Part shown: positions 19,579-29,200 of the stretch, piece by piece
Numbering within the stretch: position 1 is the stretch's first letter
Layout: each line of letters starts with the position of its first letter
Source of the DNA: Chloroflexota bacterium
Lineage (GTDB): Bacteria; Chloroflexota; Ktedonobacteria; Ktedonobacterales; JACDGC01
Assembly: GCA_021778805.1 (NCBI GenBank)
Contig: JAJYBV010000002.1
Span: forward strand, 18,526-82,525
Reading direction: 5' to 3'
Length of the DNA stretch: 64,000 nucleotides
The notes under the pieces: model-generated
The model's input: only the letters and a program-made list of their open reading frames with translations
What the model was told of the DNA's origin: nothing
Database searches by the model: none
Made by a program: the position numbers and the translations under genes

Positions 19579-20166
19579 TTATTGAAAATTATTCAGACCT
19601 CGCAGCACCTCGTTAATAACGTAGCGCAGCACATCTAGAACCCCTTGCCCATTTACCGCAACTGCTTCAAAACTGCGTTTTCGGCTGGCGTTGAGGTATT
19701 GCTCTAGTATCGGCACAGGAAGCACATCGGGAACATCACGTTTATTCCACTGCATGGCTATAGGGAAGTCCATAGGATTTTTATGTTGGTTGCGCAACTG
19801 TTCATTCAGTTCGGTCCAGCTTTCAATATTTTCCCGCAGTTTATTTGCTTGGGAATCTGCGACAAAAACAACACCATCCACACCGCGCAGCACGGCAATT
19901 CGTGTTTGCTGGTATAATACCTGCCCCGGAACAGTATACAACTGAAATTTTATGTTATACCCATGTACCCGGCCCATTTCCAGTGGCAATAAATCAAAAT
20001 ACAGGGTTCTTTCTGTTTCGGTATCGATAGAAACCATGCCGCCGACATCTTTTGGGTTCACTACATTATGTATATAATGCAGATTTGTTGTTTTTCCGCT
20101 TAAACCGATTCCATAATACACGATTTTGCAGCTAATCTCGCGTTTTGCGCTATTTATTATTGGCAT
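19579..20166 (-). CDS. mglA: MglA-type Ras-like small GTPase
   Basis: 195 aa. Collinear with Myxococcus MglA: INSAKREISCKIVYYGIGLSGKTTNL, RTLYFDLLP, LYTVPGQV, GVDGVVFVADSQ, QWNKRD. Confidence 0.9.
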   Translation of the reverse strand: MPIINSAKREISCKIVYYGIGLSGKTTNLHYIHNVVNPKDVGGMVSIDTETERTLYFDLLPLEMGRVHGYNIKFQLYTVPGQVLYQQTRIAVLRGVDGVVFVADSQANKLRENIESWTELNEQLRNQHKNPMDFPIAMQWNKRDVPDVLPVPILEQYLNASRKRSFEAVAVNGQGVLDVLRYVINEVLRGLNNFQ

Positions 20167-20301
20167 GTCGTAATTTTTTGCTCCTTCGTGTACCGGTTAC
20201 CACTTTGCGGAATTATCACCATACACTATACAAAGTATATCATATTTCATGCTTCAGAAAATGAGATGCGCAAAAAAATTTTACGGTAAGAAAAGCGAAA
20301 A

Positions 20302-20366
20302 AACCAACTGAACAGCAAAAAATTTGCGGATGTGAAAAAATTCACAGCGCAGTTGTTCAGTTGGTT
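20302..20366. other. 65-nt element with 13-bp perfect outer arms enclosing two small hairpins
   Basis: AACCAACTGAACA (20302-20314) pairs with TGTTCAGTTGGTT (20354-20366). Inside are GCAAA-AAA-TTTGC and GTGAA-AAAA-TTCAC. It lies in the AT-rich mglA/ABC divergent intergenic region. Confidence 0.35.
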
Positions 20367-20478
20367 GTGCGGATGGCGGAATGATTTGTTTATTGTTATA
20401 CATTTGCTATATTACATAAGATTTTCTTGTAATGCTTTTATCAAAAATTTTTTCTGATTATATATTATTGTCTAATGG

Positions 20479-20508
20479 TTGTTCTTTCAAAAAATTTTCT
20501 GTTACAAT
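20479..20508 (+). promoter_or_regulatory. Candidate sigma-70 promoter with extended -10 for the ABC transporter operon
   Basis: TTGTTC, an 18-nt spacer, then TGtTACAAT. Confidence 0.35.
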
Positions 20509-20660
20509 CCGATTATGTTAGGATGAATTTATAAAGCTGGAATTTTTGTAATCCATCCTCGCCCGCTTTTCCAAGTTTTTTGGCGCCATTGGCTTATTTA
20601 GGCAAATTCTTAACATGTTCTTTTACATTCAACAATGAACAAATATCCTAGGAGGTCCAT

Positions 20661-21587
20661 ATGGCAATTCAACCATATGCAGTTGTTTTCGATCGTGTAT
20701 CGCGATCTTATGGCAATGTTCAGGCGCTGCGAGATGTTTCATTTACTATCAGCCCAGGCGAAACCATTGCATTACTTGGCCCTAACGGAGCCGGAAAAAC
20801 AACGGCAATATCAATTTTACTGGGCTTGCGTCCTCCCACATCCGGCTCAGCAGCCATATTTGGTGAAAGTCCGCGTAAATTTACCGGCAGAGAACGCATA
20901 GGAGCAATGCTTCAGGAATCCGGTGTACCTTCCACACTTACAGTCACTGAATTGATTACTTGGTTTAGTAAGATGTACAGCAATCCCAAACCATTAGGCG
21001 AAGTTCTTGAAGTGGCAGATCTTAGCAGCAAAGCCAATGCCCGTTCAGCTAATTTATCGGGCGGTGAGCGGCAACGACTGTATTTTGCGTTATCTTTAGT
21101 TGGCAATCCTGATCTGCTTTTCCTCGATGAGCCTACCAATGGCCTGGATGTTGATGCGCGCAGACGCTTTTGGCAATATATATCCGGACTTATTCAGCAG
21201 AAAAAAACCATCGTTGTTACAACTCATTATCTTGAAGAAGCAGACGCCATTGCGCAGCGCATCATCATGATTAATCATGGCAACATCATCGCTCAGGGCA
21301 ATTCACAGCAGATAAAATCGCTGGTCAGCGGCAAAAAAGTCCGCTTTCGAAGCAATTTGATTACAGAATCTAGTGTTATGGATCTGCCATCAGTGCGCGC
21401 TGTCAGCAAAATCAATAATCTTTATGAGGTAACTTCTGATATCCCTGAGGAAACCGTTAAAATGTTGTTAAATACAATTTCTGATGTCAGTGATTTAGAG
21501 GTGAGCAGCATGGGTCTTGAAGAGGCTTTCATCGTATTAACAACATCCTCTGATGCGCAATTGCAGCAAAAAACATTGCATTCATAA
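20661..21587 (+). CDS. ABC transporter ATP-binding protein
   Basis: 308 aa. AGGAGG RBS. Walker A GPNGAGKTT, signature LSGGERQRL, Walker B LLFLDEPTNGLD. Confidence 0.9.
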   Translation: MAIQPYAVVFDRVSRSYGNVQALRDVSFTISPGETIALLGPNGAGKTTAISILLGLRPPTSGSAAIFGESPRKFTGRERIGAMLQESGVPSTLTVTELITWFSKMYSNPKPLGEVLEVADLSSKANARSANLSGGERQRLYFALSLVGNPDLLFLDEPTNGLDVDARRRFWQYISGLIQQKKTIVVTTHYLEEADAIAQRIIMINHGNIIAQGNSQQIKSLVSGKKVRFRSNLITESSVMDLPSVRAVSKINNLYEVTSDIPEETVKMLLNTISDVSDLEVSSMGLEEAFIVLTTSSDAQLQQKTLHS

Positions 21588-21603
21588 ATAGGGAGTTTTC
21601 AAT

Positions 21604-22404
21604 ATGACAACAGTAGAACCAACAACTACATCGTCAATTGCCAGTAACCAAGTCTCGGTGTTTCTCTATACAATTTATTGTGAATTAATGAAGCTCATAC
21701 GCATTCCAGCTTATGTCATTCCGGTAATCTTCTTTCCAACATTATTTTTTGCCATGTTTGGTCTGCCCAACATCAGTAATACTATTCAAGGAGCATCGGC
21801 AGGTGAATATATTTTGGCGTCGTATTCCTGTTATGGATTAATGTCGGTTGGATTTTTCTCATTTGGTGTTTCAATAGCCAGTGAGCGTGGATTAGGATGG
21901 AATAAGCTTTTGCGAGTAACACCTATGAATCCTGTTATTTATTTTTTGGCAAAAATTATTGTTGCGCTTATTGTAGGCGTTATAACAATTGCTATTCTCT
22001 TCATTTTTGGTGTTTTAACAGGCAATTTAGAATCCAAAATCGGCACATTGCTCATTATCGGATCATTTGATCTTGCAGGAATGCTGCCATTTATTGCATT
22101 TGGACTTCTGCTGGGCTATTCTACAGGACCAAATTCAGCGGCCGGTATTGCCAATCTTATCTTTTTGCCGCTATCCTTTGCGTCTGGTCTCTTCGTTCCT
22201 ATTACATATCTGCCCAGTGTTATTCAAAAAATCGCTATATATTTGCCAGCTTATCATGTTGCGCAATTAGGATGGAATTATTTGAATGCCGGAGATGGAA
22301 AATCTTATCTTTACCATCTCCTCTGGATTGCCGGATATACGATCGTTTTTGCGTTCCTGGCAGTTATAGCTTACATGAGGGATGAAAATAAAAATTATGG
22401 CTAG
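21604..22404 (+). CDS. ABC-2-type transporter permease
   Basis: 266 aa with six predicted TM helices. It starts 17 nt after the ATPase gene. Confidence 0.8.
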   Translation: MTTVEPTTTSSIASNQVSVFLYTIYCELMKLIRIPAYVIPVIFFPTLFFAMFGLPNISNTIQGASAGEYILASYSCYGLMSVGFFSFGVSIASERGLGWNKLLRVTPMNPVIYFLAKIIVALIVGVITIAILFIFGVLTGNLESKIGTLLIIGSFDLAGMLPFIAFGLLLGYSTGPNSAAGIANLIFLPLSFASGLFVPITYLPSVIQKIAIYLPAYHVAQLGWNYLNAGDGKSYLYHLLWIAGYTIVFAFLAVIAYMRDENKNYG

Positions 22405-22437
22405 CTATTTGTTGTAAAAACCGAAATAGCGCCTCAT

Positions 22438-22878
22438 CAAATTGATGAACTTTAACAATTAAAGAGGGATAAGATATACCAGCATAACCAGGGATACGTA
22501 AGGGGCGGATGCCCCTTGCGAGGGGATTGGGGTGTCCCCAAAATATTTTTATTTTAAAATTTCCCCAAGGAAATATTGGTAGCCGGGCAGCAAGGGCGAC
22601 CGCAAGGGTCGCCCCTACCGGATTGCATGGCCTCATGTGTGACCGCGCGGCGTATGCTCTAAAACAAATGATATGTGGCAGCGCTTGTGCTACGGCGCGG
22701 TGTAGGTAGCAAGGTGTCCCCGAAACGAACACCACACGATGAATCGTGTGGCTTGTTTCCCCACCTCCACCCATGTGTACCGTGCGGTGTTTGTTCAAAA
22801 ACAGGCACTATGGGGCACTCAATGTACTCTGCTCTGTTGGTCTTCATCCTGATTAAAATATTAAAGTTCATCAATTTG
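22438..22878 (+). mobile_element. Complete 441-bp non-coding MITE-like element with 18-bp perfect terminal inverted repeats (modules L-S-M-R)
   Basis: CAAATTGATGAACTTTAA at 22438-22455 is the exact reverse complement of TTAAAGTTCATCAATTTG at 22861-22878. The interior shares modules with the copies at 272, 17882, 44585, 46262 and 63968. ORFs through it differ between copies. Confidence 0.8.
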
Positions 22879-22989
22879 TTGCTCGGGTTTACTGGTTCCC
22901 ATTTAAAACCAGCTATTTAGGCGCTACCTGTTTCCATGCATTTGGAAGCAGGATTTATTGTTTTTAGAGAAAAATTTACTGATGAAATC

Positions 22990-23020
22990 GGCAGTTTCAG
23001 GAAAAACTGGCGTTTTTTTT
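22990..23020 (+). terminator. rho-independent terminator between the repeat element and clpC
   Basis: GGCAGTTT-CAGGAA-AAACTGGC, followed by a run of eight T. Confidence 0.6.
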
Positions 23021-23106
23021 GCGATATAAGTTCTGCGCTGGACAATTATTTCATATAGAACAGCCGGAATTATATCTGTTTTTCAGCAGAAACATGGAGG
23101 AAAAGC

Positions 23107-25638
23107 GTGCCTAACAATAATTTTTCACAGAAACTTCCACTGCACGAAAGCGTAACCAGTGCTTTGCAAGAAGCGCGGCAATATGCTATCAAATATCATC
23201 ACGCCGCAGTAGAATCAGAGCATTTGCTGCTGGGCATTACCGCAACCCAAAATCCATTGATATCAGCAGCGCTGCAATCGGTAAAAACATCCACACGCAA
23301 AGTGCGGAGCGCAGTTTTGTTTGTGATTACTCATGATTCCTGCACAGTTGAACCGCACATGGGTAATGAAATTGATCAAATATTAGATCGCGCAAATTCT
23401 GAAGCGATAGAGATGATGTCGCGAGAAATTAAAGTTGAACATGTATTTTTAGGGATGCTGCAAGAAGAGGGTACAATTGCGTATGCTATTCTGCACGAAC
23501 TGCACATTACTTACGACGGCATATTGCCGGAATTAACCAAATTAAGCAAAATGAACACATCAGCAATTGTCACGTTGAAAGAATCTGCAAACCGCTTTCA
23601 GTTAACCCCAACCTTAAATATGGTTAGCAGAGACCTCTCCGCCGAAGCGCAATCCGGCAAACTAGAGCCGCTTATTGGCAGAGAATATGAACTGGAACGG
23701 GTAATGCAAACTTTAACCCGCAGATCAAAAAATAATCCCGTGCTCATCGGTGAGGCCGGTGTTGGCAAAACAGCCATTGCCGAAGGACTGGCCCAGCGCA
23801 TTGCTGATGGAAACGCGCCGCCGGAATTACTGCATCAGCGCGTTGTATCGCTGGATACGGGACTGCTGACCATCGGCACCAAATTTCGCGGCGATTTTGA
23901 GGAACGATTAAAAAGCCTTGTTGCGGAAATTATCAAAGTACATAATTTAATCATCGTAGTAGATGAACTGCATACCCTTATTGGCTCCGGCGTAGCGGAA
24001 GGCTCGGTAGACGCAGCAAATTTACTGAAACCAATACTTGCCCGCGGAGAGTTTCGCTGCTTTGGAGCAACTACGCTGGATGACTACCGGAAAACAATCG
24101 AAAAAGACCCCGCTTTAGAACGCCGATTTCAACCTATTTTTATCCGGCCAAGCACTCCCGAAGAAACTAAATCGATTCTCTTTGGTCTGCGCCCGCGTTA
24201 CGAAGCTTTCCACCATGTCGCAATCTCTGACGAGGCTATTGAAGCTGCGGTAAAATTGGCAGATCGCTATGTGCATGTGCGACAATTTCCCGATAAAGCT
24301 ATCGATTTAATCGATGAAGCCGCCGCGCGGTCTCGTGTTCAGCGATCTGTTATTCCCGCGGAAGCGCTGGCGCTATCTGATTCTTTGGATTTAGTGCGCA
24401 GTGAAAAAAATTCAGCAATCGAAAATGGAGAATTTGCTCTAGCCACTGCGCTTTGGAAAAAAGAAAAGGCAATTCGCCAGCAAATTTATGCGGCAGATTC
24501 TGAATGGCGCACACAACGCGCCGGAAACAACTTTGCAGAACTAAAAGCAACCGATGTTGCAGAAATTGTATCTACCCGAACTGGGGTCCCGGCAATTGCC
24601 GCAACAGAGCAAGAAGCTGAACGGCTTCTGCGCTTAGAGGAATTGCTGCATACACATATTGTCGGACAGCAAAAAGCTGTTACCGCAACCGCGCAAGCAA
24701 TCCGCCGGGCGCGCGCCGATATTCGCGATAGGCGCCGTCCCATTGGATCTTTCATCTTTGCCGGCCCAACTGGGGTTGGGAAAACTGCCCTTGCGCGCGC
24801 GCTGGCAAAAGCATATTTTAACGATGAACAGGCAATTATCACCATTGATATGTCGGAATTTACTGAATCGCACTATGCCGCACGATTGGTCGGCTCACCA
24901 CCGGGATACGTGGGATACGATCAGGCTGGGCAGCTGACGGAAGCAGTAAAAAGGCGGCCATATACGATTGTTTTGCTTGATGAAATTGAAAAAGCTCATC
25001 CGCGGATTTATGATTTATTGCTGCAAATTTTAGAGGATGGCTGTTTAAGTGACGCCAAGGGCCGGCAAACAGATTTCAGCAACACGATTATCATTCTGAC
25101 AACAAATATCGGCGCACAGTTCAAAGCATTTTCCGGCGGATTTATTGAACCGGAGGAAAACCGAACCCGCAACGGCAAAGAAACCGCCGCGCAAAAAAGA
25201 CTAAAACGCGATTTGGCGCAAACATTTAAACCGGAATTTTTGAACCGTATTGATTCAATTATCGTGTTCGATTCGCTTACTCGGCAGGATATGCGCCAAT
25301 TGTGCGATATTGCCTTGCAGCCGCTGATACAGCGCATGCGCGATCGGCTGTATGAACTGCAGATAGACTCCGCCGCGCGCGAAGAGCTTGCCCGGCAAGG
25401 ATATAACAGTGAATATGGCGCGCGCCCATTGCTGCGGCTGATTCAAAGCAAAGTTGAAGATGTATTGGCAGAGAAAATTTTGCGCAATGAATTGCAGCCC
25501 GGTGGTGGTATTTCGATGAGCGCCGCAGATGGCAAATTTATCTTCACGGTATATCCGGAGCCTTTGCCGGCGCCCGCGCTGCAAATTACCGCGGCAGCGG
25601 ATTCGCCGCATGCGGATTTGCGGAAAGAATTGCAATAA
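23107..25638 (+). CDS. clpC: ATP-dependent Clp protease ATP-binding subunit (ClpC-like, two AAA+ modules)
   Basis: 843 aa. GTG start with GGAGG RBS. Clp_N repeats. Walker A motifs GEAGVGKTA and [11 protein letters not shown]. Also LDEIEKAHP and ARPLLRLIQ. Confidence 0.9.
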   Translation: MPNNNFSQKLPLHESVTSALQEARQYAIKYHHAAVESEHLLLGITATQNPLISAALQSVKTSTRKVRSAVLFVITHDSCTVEPHMGNEIDQILDRANSEAIEMMSREIKVEHVFLGMLQEEGTIAYAILHELHITYDGILPELTKLSKMNTSAIVTLKESANRFQLTPTLNMVSRDLSAEAQSGKLEPLIGREYELERVMQTLTRRSKNNPVLIGEAGVGKTAIAEGLAQRIADGNAPPELLHQRVVSLDTGLLTIGTKFRGDFEERLKSLVAEIIKVHNLIIVVDELHTLIGSGVAEGSVDAANLLKPILARGEFRCFGATTLDDYRKTIEKDPALERRFQPIFIRPSTPEETKSILFGLRPRYEAFHHVAISDEAIEAAVKLADRYVHVRQFPDKAIDLIDEAAARSRVQRSVIPAEALALSDSLDLVRSEKNSAIENGEFALATALWKKEKAIRQQIYAADSEWRTQRAGNNFAELKATDVAEIVSTRTGVPAIAATEQEAERLLRLEELLHTHIVGQQKAVTATAQAIRRARADIRDRRRPIGSFIFAGPTGVGKTALARALAKAYFNDEQAIITIDMSEFTESHYAARLVGSPPGYVGYDQAGQLTEAVKRRPYTIVLLDEIEKAHPRIYDLLLQILEDGCLSDAKGRQTDFSNTIIILTTNIGAQFKAFSGGFIEPEENRTRNGKETAAQKRLKRDLAQTFKPEFLNRIDSIIVFDSLTRQDMRQLCDIALQPLIQRMRDRLYELQIDSAAREELARQGYNSEYGARPLLRLIQSKVEDVLAEKILRNELQPGGGISMSAADGKFIFTVYPEPLPAPALQITAAADSPHADLRKELQ

Positions 25639-26137
25639 CGGTTTCTGCTGCGGCGTCGGATTCAGTATCGCCATCCCCTAGAAATTCTTGCGGTAGCGCG
25701 CGCATTTTAGCAATGCAGCGATGTCGCAGTAACGGCGCCGTTGTTTGTGAATCGGCAGCCGCAGCAGCAGGAGCAATGCCGGCAGCCCAGCCCTGCCGGC
25801 GAACATCCCGAACAGGTTGTTGCGCCGGAGCAGAATTTTCTAAGCACGACACTTCAAATCCGCGTGCGCGCATCCATATTTTCAGCTGACCCACTGTAGG
25901 AATCCACAGCGTATCAGCTTTGGCCACACGCGCCGGCGGCCAATGTTTTGCAATATCTGTTAAGGTTACCCATCCAACCTCATCATCAGCGTCTGTAATC
26001 AGCGCTAATCCTGCTGTGTCTAAACCAAGATATGATGCGCCAATCGGCGCTGCCCAGTCTCCCGGCTGTGCTTGCCAAACAATACCGGCGGTTTTCAGCC
26101 GGCGCGCCATAACTATGCTTACCAAATCATCTTGCAT
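25586..26137 (-). CDS. hypothetical protein
   Basis: The ORF runs 25586..26194. The likely start is MQDDLVSIVMARRLK at 26137, with AGGAT 7 nt upstream. The 3' end overlaps convergent clpC by 53 nt. Confidence 0.4.
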   Translation of the reverse strand: MQDDLVSIVMARRLKTAGIVWQAQPGDWAAPIGASYLGLDTAGLALITDADDEVGWVTLTDIAKHWPPARVAKADTLWIPTVGQLKIWMRARGFEVSCLENSAPAQQPVRDVRRQGWAAGIAPAAAAADSQTTAPLLRHRCIAKMRALPQEFLGDGDTESDAAAETVIAILSANPHAANPLPR

Positions 26138-26223
26138 ATGCAATATCCTAACATGATTCGGAATCCGTCGTACTACGTTTTTCCGAAAGCTCAATCACCG
26201 TTCAGTTTGGAGCATAACATAAT

Positions 26224-29200
26224 TTATCCCTGCCCCGCTTGAATATTCGCGCCTAAAAAAGCATCACTGCGCTCAGTGGGAACCCATACAACCAACGGAT
26301 GGATAGTAATAATCTCAAATCGCTGCGCTGCAAAAAATTGTTTTGTTTCATCCGTCATACCCTTATTCCCATGTTCGGAGGATTTAAATATAATAAACGG
26401 CCGGGCATGCTGCAATAACTGTGTCAAAAAGGCTAAACCACCGGGTATCTGCGATTCTTGCGACAGCATAACTACCGCAACCGAATGAATATCCTTCAGC
26501 ATAAATGCAAGTTGAAACAGATTGCTGATATTGCCAATTTTATACGCTTCGTGATTATGTTCTGCTTGCTTCGGCTGCTGTTCATAAAAGAATTCACCAA
26601 ATTCCAAACCGGGATAGCCATCGAAAACAATCATCTTGTCCTGCATTTGCCAAGATTGAATATTCGCGCGAATAACGGCTGCATTATATATATGCGGCTC
26701 AAATAATACCGCTTTATCAATATGCGTGGTTTGTGTCAGCATCTGCATGGCATAGGCGCCAGATTCCGCATCAACATCTATCACAATGCTATGTTCGGGC
26801 AACGCTTGCGCAATTTCGTTCAAAGCCGGCGTATCTTGGTAAAATAAGCGTACTCGATCGGCCATAGCTTTATTTACTAAAATCTGCGTTTCATTTTGCA
26901 GCAAAACCTCAGTTATTTCTGGTTGGGCAAGAATAACAGCTCTGCCCCAGAAATCTTTATAAATGTGGATATGGCGCGCCGAATTCAGTTGGAGCGAACC
27001 AATATGCAAATCTTGCTGTAGTTGATCAATAAAAATAAAGGTCGTAGTTTTGCTAAGGCTTGCTTGAACAGATTTAAATAACATGGTTAAATATGGCGTA
27101 TCATCAATATTGAAGTGCAGCCACACCGAAGGAGATTCATCTTCCACAGTACTTTCTATAATCTGTAACTCGTGTGTATCGTTCATCGAAATACTGTATG
27201 GTGTTGCAGCATCAATATTTAACGCCGCAAAAATTTCTGCCGCAATCAGTTTGCGATGCGCCGCGTTTTGCAAATAATCCGACAAATTTTTCACTGGATT
27301 GCCAATTTCTCGCGGATCCGCAAGCTGTCCGGCTGCATCACTGTTTTGCGGCAAAGTTTGGTAAATGCGCCCGACGATTTCAATTATCTTATCTTGCATA
27401 TATTCTATACCATGCAAAGAAGCCTTAACCGAATAAATATGATCACTGTATTCACTGTCTACTTGGTTTAGTTTTTCTTTAATTGCGTCTATATGGCTGC
27501 CATATTCCTGAAGCATGGTATGTAATGTGTTCTTAAGCGCAAAAATATGATCACCATATTCAGTATCCACTTGGTTTAGTTTTTCTTTAATTGCAAAAAC
27601 ATGATCAGATAATTCGTTCACGCGATTTTGCAGCGCCTGTATTTCCTGTAACTTGAGTTGGAGCTGCCGCTGCGATTGACTGACGCTGTTGGCAGATTCC
27701 GAAGATTTTTGGGTCGATTCACTATACATAGGCTGGTTGCCATACTGATATAGCATTTGTTCTTGCAAACTGCTTAATTTTGCTTCCAATTCTGCAACGC
27801 GGCTGCTCATTTGGCGGTATTCATTCAGTGATATAACATTTATTGCGCCTTGCTGTTCGTTTAGCCGACCCAAAGAAAACACACGCACGGCAATGCGGAG
27901 CAGTGTGCCGATGCCTTTTTGTTTCTTAAATGGTACCCGCTGATCGCGTGTGCGGGTCCAATCCCATTTATGCAGCAAATCTTGATGAAAGTTCACAAAC
28001 TCTGATGTATCCGCCGTTGCTTTAACGGGTGAAGGCAAACCGGGTTTCGCGTCAATTGCATTTAACCGGTTGATAATAACTGTAGCGGCCGCGTGTGCGC
28101 TATATTGCCTGCGGATATCTTTTGCCGCAATCGCGCCTTTTTGCCGAGCTTCCTCCGGATGCTCAAAAACATGGAGCATAAGCTGCGCAGCGTGATCGAT
28201 GTTTGGTTCTGCCCAAACAAATCCCGGCTGATATACCTTTGCGCAATCCGGATGATAGTGATGCTCTTCCAACGTAATCGTGCGAATTGTAAAATCTACC
28301 GGATATGAGTTTTCCGCAGTCATATAATCGGCGTTGCCGGAATAACCGGTTGCGATAACCGGTTTGCCAAGGTACATTGCCTCTGCCATACCTAACCCAA
28401 AGCCTTCAGCGCGATGCAGGGAAACATAGGCGTCGCAGCAAGCAAGTAAATCATTCATCTGTCTTCGTGTCAGATATGATTCAATGAGCATTCCACCAAC
28501 ATTTTCCACCGCATTTTTCAAGGCTTTTGCAAGCATTGGATAATTCTCTAAATTCTGCGATTTTATAACCAGCAGTGGTTTTTTGCCGGGATAATTCCAA
28601 AACGCCTTTTGAAAAGCTTGCGCCACTCCCAATGGATTTTTGCGTGATTCACAGGAATTTGCGTCGAAGGTAAAGAGAAAAACAAATGCCTGTGAAGGCA
28701 AATGAAATTGCGATCTATCAGGAACATCCGATGTTTCAATTGAGATTGGCATAGGAATAACCGAAACAGGCGCTTGCGTATATGCTTCAATATTTTGTTT
28801 GGTAAACGCGGAATTAACCCATATTTCACTGACTCGTTGAATATGGTCCTTAAAAATATCGGCAACCTTTTCCAATTCCCACGCCCAAAACGCAATAGTA
28901 TATTTGTTATCGGTCAGCGTTGTAAGTTCTTCGTCGTTAATCCAGGGCATATCATTAATATTATTTAAAAATAAATTAATTGGATATGTGGATGCGCGCG
29001 GCAGACCAACAAACCGAGCCGGCAGCGGATTTTTAGGATCGGCTCCATAATAAATTTTTTCCCGGTAAGAAACCGGAATATTTTTCCCTAAAAGCACATC
29101 AAACAAACGCGCCGCAGCTGTTACCAATCCGGTTTCGGAGCGTAAATCGCCAATAACATTCAAACCGGAAACATGGGTAAAGGGATTCCAATAACTCAGA

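Noticed and set aside
22594-22860. R-module as a group II intron fragment (domain V/VI), a hammerhead/twister-type ribozyme or a retron msr/msd
   Set aside because: I could not find the GUGYG 5' end, an AGC-triad domain V helix with a 2-nt bulge, a CUGANGA..GAAA hammerhead core, or twister-like conserved stretches. No reverse transcriptase or maturase ORF is in the window. It stays only as a generic structured-RNA candidate.
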